Positions 9,030 through 17,652 of a stretch of DNA of 64,000 nucleotides are shown one piece after another. The notes under the pieces are model-generated. The model was not told the DNA's origin. It did not search any database and was given only the letters and a program-made list of their open reading frames with translations. The stretch is from an uncultured Oscillospiraceae bacterium. Its GTDB lineage: Bacteria; Bacillota; Clostridia; Oscillospirales; Oscillospiraceae. Within the stretch, counting starts at the first letter, position 1. Each line of letters opens with the position of its first letter. Location of the stretch: assembly GCA_950097245.1 (NCBI GenBank), contig CATNCS010000005.1:5678-69677 (forward strand), read 5' to 3'. Position numbers and translations under genes: made by a program.

Positions 9030-10289
9030 TTAAACCTTCCCAATATCGGTGCGGAAGTGCATGTCCTGGAAGGAGATGGGTTTTGCGGCGGCGTAGGCGG
9101 CGGCGATGGCTTCCTCCAGCGTGGAACCGGTTGCCGTAACACCCAGCACCCGACCTCCGGCGGTGAGGACCGTGCCGGTCTCGCCCTGCTTGGTTCCGGC
9201 GTGGAAGACAGTGGCCCCCAGCTTCTCAGCCTCCTCCAGTCCGGAGATAGGATAGCCGCTCTGGTAGCTGACGGGATACCCTCCCGAGGCCAGCACCAAA
9301 CAGCAGGCGGCCCCGGACTTCCACTTGATGTCCACCTGGTCCAGGGTGCCGTCCACGCAGGCCTGGAAAATGTCCATCAGGTCGGTGTCCAGCATGGACA
9401 GGATGGGCTGGGTCTCCGGGTCGCCGAAGCGGGCGTTGTACTCCACCACCTTGGGGCCGTCCTTAGTTAACATAAGACCAAAGTAGATGACCCCCTGGAA
9501 GGGCCGGCCCTCCGCCTTGAGAGCCGCCACCGTGGGCAGGAAAATCTCCTTCATGCAGCGGTCCGCGATCTCCGGGGTGTACTTGGGGGAGGGGCAGAAG
9601 GCCCCCATGCCCCCGGTGTTGGGGCCCCGGTTGCCGTCGTAGGCCCGCTTGTGGTCCTGGCTGGACAGCATGGGCACCAGGTGCTCCCCGTCGCAGAAGG
9701 CCAGCACCGTCACCTCCGGGCCCACCATGCACTCCTCGATGACCACCGTGGAGCCCGATTCCCCAAACTTCTTGTCCTCCATCATCTCCCGGACGGCGGT
9801 TTCCGCCTCCTCCACCGTGGAGGCCACCACCACCCCTTTGCCCAGGGCCAGGCCGTCCGCCTTGACCACGATGGGCGCGCCCTGGGCCCGGATGTAGGCC
9901 AGGGCCCTGTCCAGGTCGGTGAAGGTCTCATATTTGGCGGTGGGGATGTGGTACTTCTTCATCAGCTCCTTGGAGAAGGCCTTGCTGGCCTCGATAATGG
10001 CGGCGTTGGCTCGGGGGCCGAAGGCGGGGATGCCCGCCGCCTCCAGGGCGTCCACCATCCCCAGGGCCAGGGGGTCGTCCGGGGCCACCATGACGAAGTC
10101 CATGGCGTGCTCCCTGGCCCACTTCACCATGCCGTCTACGTCGGTGGCCTTGATGGGCACGCACTCCGCCACCTGGGCGATGCCTCCGTTGCCTGGGGCA
10201 CAGTAGAGCTCCGTCACCTTGGGGCTCTGGGCCAGCTTCCAGCAGATGGCGTGCTCCCGGCCGCCTCCGCCTACGACTAAAACTTTCAT
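9030..10289 (-). CDS. purD: Phosphoribosylamine--glycine ligase
   Basis: MKVLVVGGGGREHA, VKADGLALGKGV, EYNARFGDPE, GGRVL; start moved to 10289. Confidence 0.97.
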   Translation of the reverse strand: MKVLVVGGGGREHAICWKLAQSPKVTELYCAPGNGGIAQVAECVPIKATDVDGMVKWAREHAMDFVMVAPDDPLALGMVDALEAAGIPAFGPRANAAIIEASKAFSKELMKKYHIPTAKYETFTDLDRALAYIRAQGAPIVVKADGLALGKGVVVASTVEEAETAVREMMEDKKFGESGSTVVIEECMVGPEVTVLAFCDGEHLVPMLSSQDHKRAYDGNRGPNTGGMGAFCPSPKYTPEIADRCMKEIFLPTVAALKAEGRPFQGVIYFGLMLTKDGPKVVEYNARFGDPETQPILSMLDTDLMDIFQACVDGTLDQVDIKWKSGAACCLVLASGGYPVSYQSGYPISGLEEAEKLGATVFHAGTKQGETGTVLTAGGRVLGVTATGSTLEEAIAAAYAAAKPISFQDMHFRTDIGKV

Positions 10290-10305
10290 GTATAAACAAC
10301 CTTTC

Positions 10306-10674
10306 CTATAATTCTCCCCAATCAATACAGCCAGGTGCATTCTGAGATTGGAAAAACTCCAAAGCGCACTCCATAGCATCGGAGGCCGGTATTACCTGCC
10401 ATGCGGCAATTTCATATTGGCCGTCGCAAAACGAGACGATGTCTTCCGCTTCTTCATCGCCAAAAGAAACAAGCATCTCGCCGCCGTCCTCCGCCTCAAA
10501 ATAATTGACGACAGCCTGATCGCATTTTACCAGAATAGACAGACAGGGATATTTGGACTCCTCGCTCTGGGAACACCAGATTTCATTTTCCTGCTGAAAA
10601 CAGGTTTCTAAATGAGCCTTATATTCCTCCAAGGAATTGCAAGGAAAAGAACCAATATTACTGCTGATAAACAT
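10306..10674 (-). CDS. Imm1-like immunity protein (orphan)
   Basis: 122 aa, acidic, AAGGAGG RBS; YPCLSILV motif and C-terminal A..CALEFF...PGCIDWGEL resemble Imm1 family features; visibly more AT-rich than flanking genes. Confidence 0.65.
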   Translation of the reverse strand: MFISSNIGSFPCNSLEEYKAHLETCFQQENEIWCSQSEESKYPCLSILVKCDQAVVNYFEAEDGGEMLVSFGDEEAEDIVSFCDGQYEIAAWQVIPASDAMECALEFFQSQNAPGCIDWGEL

Positions 10675-10686
10675 GAGCTTTCCTCC

Positions 10687-11799
10687 TTAGTGATGGAAAA
10701 GCCGCATTCCGGTAAAGGCCATGACCATGCCGTATTTGTCGGCGGTCTCGATGACCTGGTCGTCCCGGATGGAGCCGCCAGGCTGGGCGATATACACTAC
10801 CCCCGACTGGTGGGCCCGTTCCACGTTGTCCCCGAAGGGGAAGAAGGCGTCGGAGCCCAGAGTGACGCCCTCCAGTTTGGCAATCCAGTCCGCTTTCTCC
10901 TTCTGGGTGAGGACGTCAGCGATGAAGGCGTCGATGGCGTTGTCCCGGTCAGGGCGGCGGACGTCGGCGGGGAAGGTCATGCCCAGCACCTTGGGGTGCC
11001 GGCGCAGCCACCAGATGTCCGCCTTGTTCCCCGCCAGCCGGGTGCAGTGGATGCGGCTCTGCTGGCCGGCCCCCACGCCGATGGTCATGCCGTCCTTCAC
11101 GTAGCACACCGAGTTGGACTGGGTGTATTTCAGGGTGATGAGGGCCAGCAGCATGTCGTTCTTGGCCCCCTGGGGCAGGTCGCGGTTCTTGGTGACGATG
11201 TTCTCCAGCAGTTTCTCGTCGATGGCCAGGTCGTTGTAGCCCTGCTCGAAGGTGATGCCGAAGATGTTCCGCCGCTCAATGGGGGCAGGCTGATAGTCCG
11301 GGTCGATTTTCACCACGTTGTAGCCGCCCTTGCGCTTGGTTTTCAGAATTTCCAGGGCCTCATCCGTGTAGTCGGGGGCGATGACACCGTCGGACACCTC
11401 CAGGGCCAGGAAGCGGGCGGTGTCCCCGTCGCAGGGGTCGCTGAGGGCCGCCCAGTCCCCGAAGGAGCACAACCGGTCGGCCCCCCGGGCCCGGATGTAG
11501 GCGCAGGCGATGGAGGAGAGGTCCCCCTGGGGAGCGAAGTACATCTGCCGCTCCACGTCGCTGAGGGGCAGGCCCAGGGCCGCCCCGGCGGGGGAGACGT
11601 GCTTGAAGGAGGCCGCCGCAGGCAGGCCGGTGGCCTGCTTCAGAGCCTTCACCAGCTGCCAGGAGTTGAGGGCGTCCATAAAGTTGATGTACCCCGGCTT
11701 GCCGTTGAGCACCTCCAACGGCAGCTCGCCTTCCTCCATGAAGATGCGGGCGGGCTTCTGGTTGGGGTTGCAGCCATATTTCAGTTCCAGTTCGGTCAT
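10687..11799 (-). CDS. purH: AICAR transformylase (PurH transformylase domain only)
   Basis: ELKYGCNPNQ, FKHVSPAG, KYTQSNS, GAGQQSRIHCT, SDAFFPF; no N-terminal IMP cyclohydrolase domain. Confidence 0.92.
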   Translation of the reverse strand: MTELELKYGCNPNQKPARIFMEEGELPLEVLNGKPGYINFMDALNSWQLVKALKQATGLPAAASFKHVSPAGAALGLPLSDVERQMYFAPQGDLSSIACAYIRARGADRLCSFGDWAALSDPCDGDTARFLALEVSDGVIAPDYTDEALEILKTKRKGGYNVVKIDPDYQPAPIERRNIFGITFEQGYNDLAIDEKLLENIVTKNRDLPQGAKNDMLLALITLKYTQSNSVCYVKDGMTIGVGAGQQSRIHCTRLAGNKADIWWLRRHPKVLGMTFPADVRRPDRDNAIDAFIADVLTQKEKADWIAKLEGVTLGSDAFFPFGDNVERAHQSGVVYIAQPGGSIRDDQVIETADKYGMVMAFTGMRLFHH

Positions 11800-11874
11800 A
11801 GTTGAGCCTCCTCCTTAAAAATCAGAATTTTGATTGGGGCTTGTTTGAAAAATGTCAATACGCCCAAACGGCGC

Positions 11875-12006
11875 CTAACGTATGAAGGTGAATCCGGCAT
11901 TGATTGCTTCCCCGCAATAGCGGATGGCATCTGACAAAATCAATGCAGCGCCGATAATGGCGGCACCAATGATAATTGAGCCAATGAGTTTTTGCCAATC
12001 TTTCAT
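11875..12006 (-). CDS. 43-aa single-pass membrane microprotein (absent from the ORF track)
   Basis: GGAGG RBS before ATG; MKDWQKLIGSIIIGAAIIGAALILSDAIRYCGEAINAGFTFIR; hydrophobic stretch at residues 7-24; AT-rich. Confidence 0.65.
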   Translation of the reverse strand: MKDWQKLIGSIIIGAAIIGAALILSDAIRYCGEAINAGFTFIR

Positions 12007-12032
12007 ATTGAGGTCCTCCATAAAATTTTGCG

Positions 12033-12737
12033 TTACCGGTGCTTGTTGATGATGGTAATATCCCGTGCCCCGGTCTTCAGATCGAAGAGCTGGACGTAGA
12101 GGGACACCTTGTTTTCCCCGTTCAGCGCGGCCCAGATTTCCTCCGACCAGGAGCAGGCGTCAACCGTGCCGATAGCCACCCGCCGGGGCTCCCCCTGGAA
12201 GGAGGGGAGGGGGTCCAGGTTCTCCTGGTAGGTGTGGATGAAGTGGCCCGTTCCGGCGATGGGGGAGTCGTACTCGAAGAAGTACCGGCAGCAGCAGTTC
12301 GGGTCGCCGTCCAGGCTCTTGAGGATGGAGAGGTTATAGCTGCCATCGGGCTTGACCACCCCGGAGATACGGGGGGTCCAGTTGGGGCTGTCGGGCTCGA
12401 AGGTCCGGGTATTCAGGGCGTGGCGGTAGCAGTGGCCCTCCCCGATGGCGTCACGGATGGTGTCGGTCTGGTCGCCGTTGGTTATCACCAGCAGGCCGTT
12501 ATCCAGCAGCCGGACGGGGTGGTAGATAATCAGGGAGGGGTCGGTCATTTTGGACTCGTCAAAGGCGCGGGTTCGGATGCCGTCCTCCGTCTGCTCAAAG
12601 ATTCGGTTGCGGCTGTTCTCGCTGCGGCCCATGATGAAGTAAGCCACCACTGCCTTTGTATTGTCGGCGGTGCGGCCAAGGACGATGCCCCGGCCGGGGT
12701 AGGGATTTTCAGCGAGGTATTTCATCAGATCGATCAT
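12033..12737 (-). CDS. Stand-alone IMP cyclohydrolase (PurO-like)
   Basis: YPGRGIV, YFIMGRSENSRNR, TNGDQTD, TFEPD..N.TPRISG; located inside the pur operon. Confidence 0.88.
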   Translation of the reverse strand: MIDLMKYLAENPYPGRGIVLGRTADNTKAVVAYFIMGRSENSRNRIFEQTEDGIRTRAFDESKMTDPSLIIYHPVRLLDNGLLVITNGDQTDTIRDAIGEGHCYRHALNTRTFEPDSPNWTPRISGVVKPDGSYNLSILKSLDGDPNCCCRYFFEYDSPIAGTGHFIHTYQENLDPLPSFQGEPRRVAIGTVDACSWSEEIWAALNGENKVSLYVQLFDLKTGARDITIINKHR

Positions 12738-12752
12738 ATTGGGTTACCTCCT

Positions 12753-12826
12753 GTAGGGGCGGCCTATAGCCGCCCGGAAAATGAAATGCAGGGTGAAAAT
12801 GGCGGGCGGCCACAGGCCGCCCCTAC
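12753..12826. repeat. REP-like inverted doublet 1 (REPIN-like)
   Basis: GTAGGGGCGGCCTATAGCCGCCC (12753-12775) and inverted GTAGGGGCGGCCTGTGGCCGCCC (12804-12826), 28-nt spacer. Confidence 0.8.
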
Positions 12827-13455
12827 GGCAAAATTCGGACGGTCCGTCCCTCCACCCGCAGCCGGTCCTGGCAGAACAGGGAGACGGCCCGGGGCAGGAG
12901 CTTCCACTCGCACTGCTCCATGATCCGGCGCTGGAGGGTCTCCGGGGTGTCGTCTGGGAGGACATCTACCGCCTTCTGGAGGATGATGGGCCCCCCGTCG
13001 CACTCCTCGTTGACAAAGTGAACGGTGGCCCCGGACACCTTCACCCCGTAGGCCAGGGCCTGCTCATGGACGTGGAGGCCATAGGCCCCCTTGCCGCAGA
13101 AGGAGGGGATGAGCGCGGGGTGGATATTGATGACGGCATTGTTGTAAACCTCAAATAACTCATGGGTAACGATAGTCATAAACCCGGCCATGACCACAAC
13201 ATCTATGGATAGAGACTTCAATTTATCTACCAGTGCCACCGTCATAGCCTGGCTGGAGGGGTATTTTTTTCGGTCCAGCACGCAACTGGGGATGCCCGCG
13301 TTTTTGGCCCGCTCCAAAGCGTAAACCTCGAGTGCGGAAGAGATTACAATGGAAATTTCTCCATTGATAATCTCCCCCCGGCCCTGGGCGTCGATGAGGG
13401 CCTGTAAATTTGTCCCGCCCCCGGACACCAGAACAGCAATTCGTTTCGTACTCAT
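12823..13455 (-). CDS. purN: Phosphoribosylglycinamide formyltransferase
   Basis: [39 protein letters not shown]. Confidence 0.96.
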   Translation of the reverse strand: MSTKRIAVLVSGGGTNLQALIDAQGRGEIINGEISIVISSALEVYALERAKNAGIPSCVLDRKKYPSSQAMTVALVDKLKSLSIDVVVMAGFMTIVTHELFEVYNNAVINIHPALIPSFCGKGAYGLHVHEQALAYGVKVSGATVHFVNEECDGGPIILQKAVDVLPDDTPETLQRRIMEQCEWKLLPRAVSLFCQDRLRVEGRTVRILP

Positions 13456-14519
13456 CGGACAGGGGGGCAGACTTCGCCGAAGGAGACCCCCGCCTCTCCC
13501 GTCTGTACACAGCCCACCTCAGCTGCGTCGGTCTCGCCGGCGGCCCGGAGGATGGACAGGGCCTGCTCTGCCTGGTTCTGGGGGACAGCCAGCACCATGC
13601 CCAGGCCCATATTAAAGGTGTTGTACATGTCGTGCTCCGGGATGTCCCCCCGCTTCTGAATCAGGTCAAAAATGGGGAGGCGGGGCAGGGTGCCGGCGAA
13701 GAAGAAGGCCTCCAGCCCCTTGGGCAGCATCCGGGGGACATTTTCGTAGAAGCCGCCGCCGGTGATGTGGCTGGCGCCGTGGAGATCGATGCCGCCCTCC
13801 AGCAGGGCCAGGACGGGCTTCACATAGAGTTTGGTGGGGGCCAGCAGGGCCTCGCCCAGGGACCTGCCCTCCAGCTCGTCCATGGGAGAGGTGAGGTCGG
13901 CGTGCTCGATGTCGAAGACCTTGCGCACCAGGGAGAAGCCGTTGGAGTGGACTCCGGAGGAGGTCAGGCCGATGAGGACATCCCCCTCAGCCACCCTGGA
14001 GCCGTCGATGATTTTCTCCCTGTCCACTACGCCCACGGCGAAGCCGGCCAGGTCGTAGTCCTGGGGGGCCATCAGGCCGGGGTGCTCGGCGGTCTCACCG
14101 CCGATGAGGGCGCAGCCCGACTGAACGCAGCCCTCGGCCACACCGGAGACGATGGAGGCCACCTTCTCCGGCTCGTTCTTGCCGATGGCGATGTAGTCCA
14201 GGAAAAACAGGGGCTTGGCGCCGCAGCAGATGATGTCGTTGACGCACATGGCCACGCAGTCGATGCCGATGGTGTCGTGCCTGTCCAGCAGCTGGGCCAG
14301 GCGGATCTTGGTGCCTACGCCGTCAGTGCCGGAGACCAGCACCGGCTCCTTGATCCCAGACAGGTTGGGGGCGAACAGGCCGCCGAAGCCGCCGATACCG
14401 CTGACCACTCCGGAGATCATGGTGCGGGCCACGTGCTGTTTCATGAGCTGTACGCCCTTGTAGCCGGCCTCAATATCCACGCCGGCGGCAGCGTAGGACG
14501 CGGAATGGGAATTATCCAT
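13452..14519 (-). CDS. purM: Phosphoribosylformylglycinamidine cyclo-ligase
   Basis: [42 protein letters not shown]; start moved to 14519. Confidence 0.96.
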   Translation of the reverse strand: MDNSHSASYAAAGVDIEAGYKGVQLMKQHVARTMISGVVSGIGGFGGLFAPNLSGIKEPVLVSGTDGVGTKIRLAQLLDRHDTIGIDCVAMCVNDIICCGAKPLFFLDYIAIGKNEPEKVASIVSGVAEGCVQSGCALIGGETAEHPGLMAPQDYDLAGFAVGVVDREKIIDGSRVAEGDVLIGLTSSGVHSNGFSLVRKVFDIEHADLTSPMDELEGRSLGEALLAPTKLYVKPVLALLEGGIDLHGASHITGGGFYENVPRMLPKGLEAFFFAGTLPRLPIFDLIQKRGDIPEHDMYNTFNMGLGMVLAVPQNQAEQALSILRAAGETDAAEVGCVQTGEAGVSFGEVCPPVR

Positions 14520-14542
14520 AGGAGAACCTCCAAACAATCATT

Positions 14543-14623
14543 GTAGGGGGCGGCCTCTGTGCCGCCCCGATTTATAGGGCAATAACAACGGGGAAACGGG
14601 GCGGCGCAGAGGCCGCCCCCTAC
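14543..14623. repeat. REP-like inverted doublet 2
   Basis: GTAGGGGGCGGCCTCTGTGCCGCCCCG (14543-14569) and an inverted copy with one mismatch (14597-14623), 27-nt spacer. Confidence 0.8.
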
Positions 14624-14624
14624 A

Positions 14625-16049
14625 TTATTCCCTCCCTGACCAGCAGTAGGTGCACACCTTATCCCGGTCGAGGCCGATGGCCTCCAGCAGGCCGTCCAAG
14701 GATTGGTAGCCCAGGGAGTCGAAACCGAATTTCTCGCAGATGGTCTTCAGCATGCACTGGCCCCGCTGGGTGGAGGAATCCGCGTACTCCTCCAGGTGTT
14801 GCTGACCCTCGTCGCCCTCCAGCTCCTGGATGGTGCGCCGGGCCAGCAGGTCCATATCGGAGTTTCCCCGGGAAAAGTTCAGATACTTGCAGCTGTACAT
14901 AATGGGGGGGCAGGCGGAGCGCATGTGGACCTCCTTGGCCCCGGATTCGTAGAGAAATTCCACCGTTTCCCGCAGCTGGGTGCCCCGGACGATGGAATCG
15001 TCCACAAAGAGCAGCTTTTTGCCCTGGATCAGCTCGGGGACAGGGATCTGCTTCATCTTGGCCACCTGGTTGCGCACATCCTGGTTGGTGGGCATAAAGG
15101 AGCGGGGCCAGGTGGGGGTGTACTTGACAAAGGGGCGGGCGAAGTGCTTGCCGCTGGCGTTGGCGTAGCCGATGGCGTGGGGGATGCCTGAGTCTGGGAC
15201 GCCGGCCACGTAATCCACGTCGGGCAGGGTGCCCCGTTTCTTCTCGTCTCGGGCCATAATCGCGCCGTTTTGGTAGCGCATGACCTCCACATTGACCCCC
15301 TCGTAGTTGGAGTTGGGGTAGCCGTAGTAGCTCCAGAGGAAGGCGCAGATTTTCATCTCCTCCCCGGCGGGGGAGAGGACGTCGAAGCCGTCCGGGCGGA
15401 TACGGATAATCTCCCGGGGGCCCAGCTCATAGGCGTCCTCATAGCCCAGCTTGTGGTAGGCGAAGGACTCAAAGGAGACACAGTGCCCCTTGTCGTTTCT
15501 GCCGATGAGGACGGGCAGGCGGCCCACTCGGTCCCGGGCGGCGATAATCTCGCCGTCGTCAGTGAGGATAAGCAGGGTGAGGGAGCCGGCCACCGCCTCC
15601 TGGGCATGGAGAATACCGTCAACCAGGTTGTCCTTCTGGTTGATGAGGGCGGCGGCCAGCTCGGTGGAGTTGACTCTGCCGGAGCTCATGGCCATAAACT
15701 GGTGGCCGTGGTCGGAGAAGTATTCGTCAACCAGCTGCTCGGCATTGTTGATAATTCCCACAGTGGTGATGGCGTACAGCCCCAGGTGGGAGCGGACCAG
15801 CAGGGGCTGGGGGTCGGTGTCGCTGATGCAGCCGATGCCGGAGCAGCCGTGGAACTTGGTCAGGTCCTTCTCAAACTTGGTGCGGAAGGGGGTGTTCTCA
15901 ATGGAGTGGATCTGCCGCTGAAAGCCGTCTTTGGCGTCGTGAAGAATCATGCCGCCCCGGCGGGTGCCCAGATGGGAGTGGTAGTCCACCCCGAAGAAGA
16001 TATCAAGGGAGACGTCCTGCGTAGAGACGGCTCCGAAAAAGCCACCCAT
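14625..16049 (-). CDS. purF: Amidophosphoribosyltransferase (Clostridia/Bacteroides type)
   Basis: MGGFFGA start, HSHLGTRRGG, VDDSIVRGTQ, Fe-S cysteines (SACPP, CTYCW). Confidence 0.93.
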   Translation of the reverse strand: MGGFFGAVSTQDVSLDIFFGVDYHSHLGTRRGGMILHDAKDGFQRQIHSIENTPFRTKFEKDLTKFHGCSGIGCISDTDPQPLLVRSHLGLYAITTVGIINNAEQLVDEYFSDHGHQFMAMSSGRVNSTELAAALINQKDNLVDGILHAQEAVAGSLTLLILTDDGEIIAARDRVGRLPVLIGRNDKGHCVSFESFAYHKLGYEDAYELGPREIIRIRPDGFDVLSPAGEEMKICAFLWSYYGYPNSNYEGVNVEVMRYQNGAIMARDEKKRGTLPDVDYVAGVPDSGIPHAIGYANASGKHFARPFVKYTPTWPRSFMPTNQDVRNQVAKMKQIPVPELIQGKKLLFVDDSIVRGTQLRETVEFLYESGAKEVHMRSACPPIMYSCKYLNFSRGNSDMDLLARRTIQELEGDEGQQHLEEYADSSTQRGQCMLKTICEKFGFDSLGYQSLDGLLEAIGLDRDKVCTYCWSGRE

Positions 16050-16061
16050 GGATGTTCCTCC

Positions 16062-16772
16062 TTATTTGCCCAGGAGGCGGCGGCTCATCTCCTGATAAGC
16101 GCCCTCCACGTTGCCCAGGTCCCGGCGGAAGCGGTCCTTGTCCAGCTTTTCCCCGGTCTTGGAGTCCCAGAAGCGGCAGGTGTCGGGGGAAATCTCGTCG
16201 GCCAGGACAATGGTGCCGTCGGAGGTCTTGCCAAACTCCAGCTTGAAGTCCACCAGGGTGACGCCGCAGGCGAGGAGCTCCGCCTTGAGGAAGTCGTTCA
16301 CCTGGAAGGCGTACTTCTTGATGAGCTCAATCTCCTCCCAGGTGGCCAGGTGGAGGGCCACCGCGTGGTAGTCGTTGATGAGGGGGTCGTGGAGGTCGTC
16401 GTTCTTGTAGGAGAACTCGATGGTGGGGGCGTCGAAGACGATGCCCTCCTCCACGCCGTAGTGCTTGGCAAAGGAGCCGGCGGAGATGTTGCGGATAATG
16501 ACCTCCAGGGGGACAATGGACACCTTTTTCACGGCGGTTTCCCGCTCGTTCAGCTCCTCCACAAAGTGGGTGGGCACCCCGGCCTTCTCCAGCTGCCCCA
16601 TGAGGAAGTTGGTCATCTGGTTGTTGATGGCCCCCTTGCCGGTGATGGTGCCCTTCTTCAGGCCGTCAAAGGCGGTGGCATCGTCCTTGTAGGACACGAT
16701 GACCACGTCGGGGTCCTCGGTGGCAAATACCTTCTTGGCCTTGCCCTCGTAGAGCTGCTCCAGTTTATTCAT
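16062..16772 (-). CDS. purC: SAICAR synthetase
   Basis: [36 protein letters not shown]; start moved to 16772. Confidence 0.97.
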   Translation of the reverse strand: MNKLEQLYEGKAKKVFATEDPDVVIVSYKDDATAFDGLKKGTITGKGAINNQMTNFLMGQLEKAGVPTHFVEELNERETAVKKVSIVPLEVIIRNISAGSFAKHYGVEEGIVFDAPTIEFSYKNDDLHDPLINDYHAVALHLATWEEIELIKKYAFQVNDFLKAELLACGVTLVDFKLEFGKTSDGTIVLADEISPDTCRFWDSKTGEKLDKDRFRRDLGNVEGAYQEMSRRLLGK

Positions 16773-16798
16773 GATAATACATCCTTTCAAAATTTGGT

Positions 16799-16866
16799 GT
16801 AGAGGCGGATAATATCTGCCCGTGGACAAATGCGTGTGATAGCGGGCGGCTGATAGCCGCCCCTGC
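16799..16866. repeat. REP-like inverted doublet 3 (degenerate)
   Basis: GTAGAGGCGGATAATATCTGCCC (16799-16821) and inverted GCAGGGGCGGCTATCAGCCGCCC (16844-16866). Confidence 0.7.
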
Positions 16867-16879
16867 AAAACGGACTTCA

Positions 16880-17374
16880 TCAGCCCCTCAGCTCCGATTG
16901 GAGCTTGGCCTCCTTCTCGGCGATCTGCTGAGCCATCTTCTCCCGGGCCTGGTCCAGCTTGGCGGCCAGGGCGTCGTCGGAGACCGCCAGAATCTGGGCG
17001 GCCAGGACGGCGGCGTTTTTGGCCCCGTTGATGGCCACAGTGGCCACGGGGATGCCGCTGGGCATCTGGACGGTGGCCAGCAGGGCGTCCAGGCCGTCCA
17101 TGGCGCCCCCCCTCATGGGGATGCCGATGACAGGCAGGGTGGAGTTGCCGGCGAAGGCCCCGGCCAGATGGGCGGCCATACCGGCGGCGCAGATGAGCAC
17201 GCCGAAGCCGTTGGCCCGGGCGCTTCCGGCAAAGTCGGCGGCGGCGGCGGGGGTGCGGTGGGCGGAGAGAATGTGGGCCTCATAGGGGATTCCGAACTCC
17301 TCCAGCTGCTTGCAGGCCCCCTGGACCACAGGCCAATCGCTGTCGGAGCCCATGATGACAGCCACTTTTTTCAT
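16880..17374 (-). CDS. purE: N5-CAIR mutase
   Basis: [31 protein letters not shown]; AAAGGAG RBS; start moved to 17374. Confidence 0.97.
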   Translation of the reverse strand: MKKVAVIMGSDSDWPVVQGACKQLEEFGIPYEAHILSAHRTPAAAADFAGSARANGFGVLICAAGMAAHLAGAFAGNSTLPVIGIPMRGGAMDGLDALLATVQMPSGIPVATVAINGAKNAAVLAAQILAVSDDALAAKLDQAREKMAQQIAEKEAKLQSELRG

Positions 17375-17390
17375 ATGTGACACTCCTTTC

Positions 17391-17430
17391 AAAAAGCGCA
17401 GGCTATCTGCGGATAGACAGATAGCCTGCG
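17391..17430 (-). terminator. Terminator-like hairpin inside the purE 5' leader
   Basis: Perfect 13-bp stem CGCAGGCTATCTG/CAGATAGCCTGCG, 8-nt loop, then CTTTTT, directly upstream of the purE RBS and downstream of the predicted promoter. Confidence 0.8.
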
Positions 17431-17432
17431 TA

Positions 17433-17495
17433 TTATGGGGCGATTTTGGGCGGATTGGGGCCATAAAAGTGAAGAAATCGGTAAAAGTTAAGCAT
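17433..17495 (-). CDS. Putative 20-aa leader peptide MLNFYRFLHFYGPNPPKIAP
   Basis: GAGGAGG RBS 7 nt before ATG; stop ends 2 nt before the hairpin stem. Confidence 0.6.
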   Translation of the reverse strand: MLNFYRFLHFYGPNPPKIAP

Positions 17496-17533
17496 GACAG
17501 GCCCTCCTCTTCCCCTGAAAAATATCAAATCCC

Positions 17534-17562
17534 ATTTTATAGGTAAATCAGGCAATTTGCAA
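17534..17562 (-). promoter_or_regulatory. Sigma-A promoter of the pur operon
   Basis: TTGCAA-N17-TAAAAT. Confidence 0.7.
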
Positions 17563-17613
17563 TAGGGAGAAAAATTTTTTGTATGTTTGTACAAGAAACA
17601 GGCGGGAATCGAC

Positions 17614-17652
17614 AAAAAAGTAGGGGCCGCCGTCCACGGCGGAACGTCCTAC
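17614..17652 (-). terminator. Terminator after the glycosyltransferase gene
   Basis: GTAGG...CCGCCGTGGACGGCGG...CCTAC hairpin followed by TTTTTT; insulates the pur promoter. Confidence 0.7.

Noticed and set aside
11836-11860. GGGGCTTGTTTGAAAAATGTC, loosely like an IS terminal repeat
   Set aside because: Single copy, no partner repeat, no target duplication and no transposase fragment; the TTGACA on the other strand also lacks a convincing -10.
17374-17530. Guanine, PRPP/ppGpp (ykkC) or ZTP riboswitch upstream of purE or purH
   Set aside because: The characteristic conserved cores are not visible in either upstream region by eye; an Rfam scan would be definitive.
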